DNA from: a virus
Taxonomy: Duplodnaviria; Heunggongvirae; Uroviricota; Caudoviricetes
DNA length: 29,255 bases
Virus record (IMG/VR): IMGVR_UViG_2713896774_000001
Coordinates: 1 to 29,255 of that record
Direction: 5' to 3' (one strand)
Shown: piece by piece, positions 25,713 through 29,255 of the stretch
How positions within the stretch are numbered: position 1 is the stretch's first letter
Layout of the letters: the number at the start of each line of letters is the position of its first letter
Notes under the pieces: generated by a model
Seen by the model: only the letters and a program-made list of their open reading frames with translations
The model's database searches: none
Told to the model about the DNA's origin: nothing
Made by a program: the position numbers and the translations under genes

Positions 25713-26912
25713 ATGGCTTTGAACCTCGACACGCTGGGGCTATCGGCAACGGTAACCGCCCAGGGGATTAGTGCGCCTGATTACCAGACAATCCTAGATA
25801 CACTGACCAGCTATTTCAGGCAGATTTACGGTAGTGATGCCTACCTCGAACCAGACAGCAAAGACGGGCAGATGGTCGCGCTGGTGGCTCTTGCCGTGCA
25901 TGACGCTAACAACACCGCTATCGAGATTTACAACTCGTTTTCACCGATGACAGCGCAGGCCGCAGCGCTTAGCAGCAATGTGAAAATTAACGGGATCACG
26001 CGAAAAGTAGCGACAAACTCTACTGCTGACCTTCTGTTAACCGGTACGGCAGGCACGACTATCACGAATGGCTCCGCACGGGATAAAAACGGCATTATCT
26101 GGAATTTTCCCGCGAGTGTAGCGATCGGCGTTGACGGTACTGTGCTGGTGACGGCCACATGTGCGAATAGCGGTTCGGTTGCGGCGATGGCCGGGACTAT
26201 CACCACCATTAACACACCGACTCGCGGATGGGTATCAGTCACCAACCCAGCAGCGGCTACGGTTGGTTCTCCGGCCGAGACAGACGCGGAGCTTCGCATC
26301 CGGCAGGGCCAGAGCGTCGCGCTACCGTCAATCACCCCGTTTGAAGGTGTCGACGGTGCTATTGCTAATGTTAATGGCGTGACACGTCACAAACTGTACG
26401 AGAATGACACTGGCTCGACAGATAGCAACGGGCTGCCGCCTCATTCCATTTCTGCGATTGTTGACGGCGGTGATGTGACAGAAATCGCCCAGACTATCAG
26501 GGGCAATAAAGGGCAGGGAACAGCAACTTACGGGAAAACTTCTGTCACGGTGCCAGATACTTACGGTAATCCCCACGTCATTAACTTTTCGCGCTCGACC
26601 GACGTACCGATTTTCGTAGCCATTACCCTGAAAGTTTTTACCGGGTATACCTCTCAAATCGGCGAGCAGATCAAACAGGCTGTTGCCGATTATATTAATG
26701 GCCTGACAATTGGCGACGACGTGCTGCTGAGCCGTATTTATTCCCCGGCAAACCTTGGCGTGGTGAGCGGCGGAAATGCCCGCTATTACGATATTACCGA
26801 CCTGCTGATCGGTAAGTCATCAGGCAGCGTATCGGCATCAAACATTGATATTGCCTATGATGCTTCGGCGTCCTGTAGCACCGCGAATATCAGTATCACG
26901 GTGACCTCATGA
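25713..26912 (+). CDS. Baseplate J-like protein (Mu gp47 / P2 gpJ family)
   Basis: 399-aa ORF of the size and position of baseplate J-family proteins; translationally coupled to both neighbours. Confidence 0.65.
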   Translation: MALNLDTLGLSATVTAQGISAPDYQTILDTLTSYFRQIYGSDAYLEPDSKDGQMVALVALAVHDANNTAIEIYNSFSPMTAQAAALSSNVKINGITRKVATNSTADLLLTGTAGTTITNGSARDKNGIIWNFPASVAIGVDGTVLVTATCANSGSVAAMAGTITTINTPTRGWVSVTNPAAATVGSPAETDAELRIRQGQSVALPSITPFEGVDGAIANVNGVTRHKLYENDTGSTDSNGLPPHSISAIVDGGDVTEIAQTIRGNKGQGTATYGKTSVTVPDTYGNPHVINFSRSTDVPIFVAITLKVFTGYTSQIGEQIKQAVADYINGLTIGDDVLLSRIYSPANLGVVSGGNARYYDITDLLIGKSSGSVSASNIDIAYDASASCSTANISITVTS

Positions 26913-27589
26913 GCAAATACACCGAACTGATCACTAACTACCACGCTACCAAGCCACTCTTTTTTGACCATATAGATCTGAGCACCCGCCCGCTGATTGA
27001 TGTGTCCAGCACTATGTCAGGGCTTGTAACAGCCTTCGATATCGATACGGCGGTCGGTGTGCAGCTCGACATCCTCGGTCTGTGGATCGGACGCAGTCGC
27101 ATAGTCAGCCAGCCAATTAGCGGAGTTTATTTCAGCTGGGACACTGACGGGCTTGGATATGACCAGGGCATCTGGCAGGGGCCATATGATCCTGATTCTG
27201 GCTATACGACGCTGAGTGATGAGACGTACCGCATCATTCTGAAAGCGAAAATCGCTATCAACAACTGGGACGGCCGGAACGATTCTCTGCCTCCCATCCT
27301 TGACGCTGCGACTGCTGGCTCAGGCCTCAGGATGCAAATTGTCGACAACCAGGACATGACGATATCGGTCTGGGTATTCCCCGAGACTGATATTTCTGAT
27401 GTGTCTCTTGAACTGATTGCCGCTATCAAACAGGGCTATCTCACCGTTAAAGCCGCCGGCGTATGGGTCGGTGATGTTGAAACGCCTTCGGTAGAAGCAC
27501 CATCCGAGGGCTCTAAATTCTTTGGGTTTGATATGGATAACGAATACATCGGTGGGTTCGATGTTGGAGCATGGGGGACAATACTCTAA
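26909..27589 (+). CDS. Baseplate or tail protein (Mu gp48 / P2 gpI-like)
   Basis: 226-aa ORF between the baseplate-J-like gene and the tail fibre gene. Confidence 0.55.
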   Translation: MSKYTELITNYHATKPLFFDHIDLSTRPLIDVSSTMSGLVTAFDIDTAVGVQLDILGLWIGRSRIVSQPISGVYFSWDTDGLGYDQGIWQGPYDPDSGYTTLSDETYRIILKAKIAINNWDGRNDSLPPILDAATAGSGLRMQIVDNQDMTISVWVFPETDISDVSLELIAAIKQGYLTVKAAGVWVGDVETPSVEAPSEGSKFFGFDMDNEYIGGFDVGAWGTIL

Positions 27590-28830
27590 TGGCAACAAAC
27601 AACTTTAAACCGTTCGCGACAGCGGCAAATGCTAACGTGACGGCCCAGGCTGACTGGGAATCGCTTCCGGCTCTGCTTTCTGGCTTCACGGCTGGCAAAG
27701 CTTCCAGTGCTCAGGTAAACAAAGCCATTCGACAGGCCAGCTTTATAGCTGCAGCGCTGGCGCAGTACACCGCCAACAAAAGCGGTCTGGATGTACTTGA
27801 TGATGGTGACCTGAACGGGTTTATCGCCAAAATGTCCGCCGCGTTCGGTAAGGATTTCCAGGCGCTTGACGCCACGCTGACGGCATTGGCAGGGCTCACA
27901 ACCGGTGCAAATAAACTCCCGTATTTCACTGGAACTGATACCGCATCGCAGACTGATTTAACTTCTGTCGGTCGAGATATTATCGGGAAAGGTACTATTG
28001 CTGACATTCTCACATACCTTGGAATGACAGACATTCTGAATGATAAACAGGATAAAAATGATAATCTGACATCATTGTCGAGCTTAACAGGAATACCGGA
28101 TGGGCTGGCATTTTTTACAGGTGCTGGAACAATGGATATGACAGCGCTGACTCAAAATGGTAGGGAAATTTTAAGTAAAAAAAACGTATCGGAAACTCTA
28201 CAATATTTAACACTTGGTGATGGAACAGGAAGGCTTTTGGGGGTTCAGGTATTTGGATCATCTGGGACTTATCACAAATCACCTGGTGTAACGAAAATTA
28301 TAGTGGAAGCCGTTGGCGGTGGTGGTGCCAGTGGCAATTTATCAGCAACAGCCTCAAATAACTGTGGTGTAAGTGCTGCCGGTTCCAACGGGGCATATGC
28401 TAAAGCATTTTTTTATCAGTCTATACCTGAATCCGTGCAAGTAACTATTGGAAGCGGTGGTGTAGCAGGAACAGGACCAGGAGGCTCTGGAGGTGACGGC
28501 GGGAATACAAGCTTTGGTGATTTGCTTGTATGCCCGGGAGGAAGGGGATCAACTCAAGTTCAGCAGGTACCTCCATTTTCAGGGGGAAGTGCAACAGAAG
28601 CACCAATTCCTACAGGGCAAGGGATTCTGTTCCATTCAGTTTCACGATCAAATTTATGTGGGGCACTTGGACTTGGTGATGATCAGGCGATTGGCGTTGA
28701 AAGTATAACCACTACTATGCTTGGGACATACGGTATTGGCGGGACAGGTAAATACAATAAGGCGTCATCAGGCCCAGCGACAGGAAATAATGGAAATCAG
28801 GGATATATTCTTGTGTGGGAGTATCAGTAA
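27589..28830 (+). CDS. Tail fibre protein with an AT-rich, Gly-rich C-terminal (receptor-binding) region
   Basis: Conserved-looking N-terminus (MATNNFKPFATAANANVTAQADWESLPALLSGF) and Gly-rich distal part (GGGGASGN..., GSGGVAGTGPGGSGGDGGN). Base composition shifts to AT-rich from about 27960. Confidence 0.75.
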   Translation: MATNNFKPFATAANANVTAQADWESLPALLSGFTAGKASSAQVNKAIRQASFIAAALAQYTANKSGLDVLDDGDLNGFIAKMSAAFGKDFQALDATLTALAGLTTGANKLPYFTGTDTASQTDLTSVGRDIIGKGTIADILTYLGMTDILNDKQDKNDNLTSLSSLTGIPDGLAFFTGAGTMDMTALTQNGREILSKKNVSETLQYLTLGDGTGRLLGVQVFGSSGTYHKSPGVTKIIVEAVGGGGASGNLSATASNNCGVSAAGSNGAYAKAFFYQSIPESVQVTIGSGGVAGTGPGGSGGDGGNTSFGDLLVCPGGRGSTQVQQVPPFSGGSATEAPIPTGQGILFHSVSRSNLCGALGLGDDQAIGVESITTTMLGTYGIGGTGKYNKASSGPATGNNGNQGYILVWEYQ

Positions 28831-29036
28831 TGAGCGATATTTATGCAGTCGTACAAAATGGTGTCGTTACAAATCTTGTTGTATGGGATGGTAAGTCAGA
28901 GTTTAAGCCAGAAAAAGCGGATATAGTTAAATGTGTTGGAGGTGTCGGTATCGGCTGGTTATATGATGGTGAAAAATTCATTAAGCCTTCCTTAAAACAA
29001 GACGACGTTATACTTACTGAGGGGAGAGCCAGTTAA
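28830..29036 (+). CDS. Small protein downstream of the tail fibre (possible fibre chaperone; uncertain)
   Basis: 68-aa ORF from ATG 28830, overlapping the fibre stop (TAATG), AT-rich like the fibre 3' half, followed by a terminator. Confidence 0.4.
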   Translation: MSDIYAVVQNGVVTNLVVWDGKSEFKPEKADIVKCVGGVGIGWLYDGEKFIKPSLKQDDVILTEGRAS

Positions 29037-29049
29037 TACACAGAGTGCC

Positions 29050-29082
29050 GGAGGGGGCAAACACCCTCCCATCTTTTAATTT
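29050..29082 (+). terminator. Intrinsic terminator ending the tail fibre operon
   Basis: GGAGGG-GGCAAACA-CCCTCC hairpin followed by ATCTTTTAATTT. Confidence 0.55.
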
Positions 29083-29223
29083 CTGCATAAAAAACAAATA
29101 AATATGTAATAACTTAACGTTTCTATAACTATAGTTAGTAATAAAATAATGATGACTTTTTGATGCGTTTAGAGATAAGATAATTACACATTTTTCTTCG
29201 AGTTTCTGAGGAGTTAAGTTGAA

Positions 29224-29255
29224 ATGAAGCCCTGCAAAGCCCTGCAAAGCCCTGC
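29224..29255 (+). repeat. Start of a downstream gene or locus: ATG followed by three tandem copies of a 10-bp unit (A)AAGCCCTGC, truncated by the window edge
   Basis: GAGGAG ribosome-binding site 11 nt upstream of ATG 29224, then GAAGCCCTGC-AAAGCCCTGC-AAAGCCCTGC to the last base. Preceded by a very AT-rich intergenic region (29083..29223). Confidence 0.5.

Noticed and set aside
29224-29255. Short direct repeats considered as a CRISPR array
   Set aside because: The units are 10 bp and directly tandem with no spacers, far shorter than CRISPR repeats; they follow a ribosome-binding site and ATG, so a repeat-containing gene start is more likely.

Overview
This window is an IS66-family insertion sequence (about 5..2460, minus strand, broken by a 50-nt N-run assembly gap) followed by the late half of a mosaic lambdoid prophage, all on the plus strand. 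The prophage part runs: nin region (ninB, ninE, ninX-like, frameshifted ninF-like, Rha/KilAC antirepressor-like, YbcO-like nuclease, rusA, ninH); a QuuD-type Q antiterminator interrupted by an in-frame TAG; a tR'-like terminator; a lambda-type lysis cassette (S, R, Rz/Rz1); a packaging and head module (small and large terminase, portal, MuF-like protein, scaffold-like protein, major capsid); and a contractile-tail module (sheath, tube, chaperone with a -1 slippery site, tape measure with a lytic transglycosylase domain, baseplate, spike, tail fibre). The most interesting unexplained element is a two-gene cargo insertion (23809..24565) inside the baseplate operon, encoding two small signal-peptide proteins with their own terminator; I do not recognise either family. 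Other accessory candidates are an HEXXH-motif protein between lysis and terminase, a tandem-repeat coiled-coil head-region protein, and an AT-rich locus with 10-bp repeats at the right edge. All family assignments come from reading the translations and recalled family knowledge; no searches were run.
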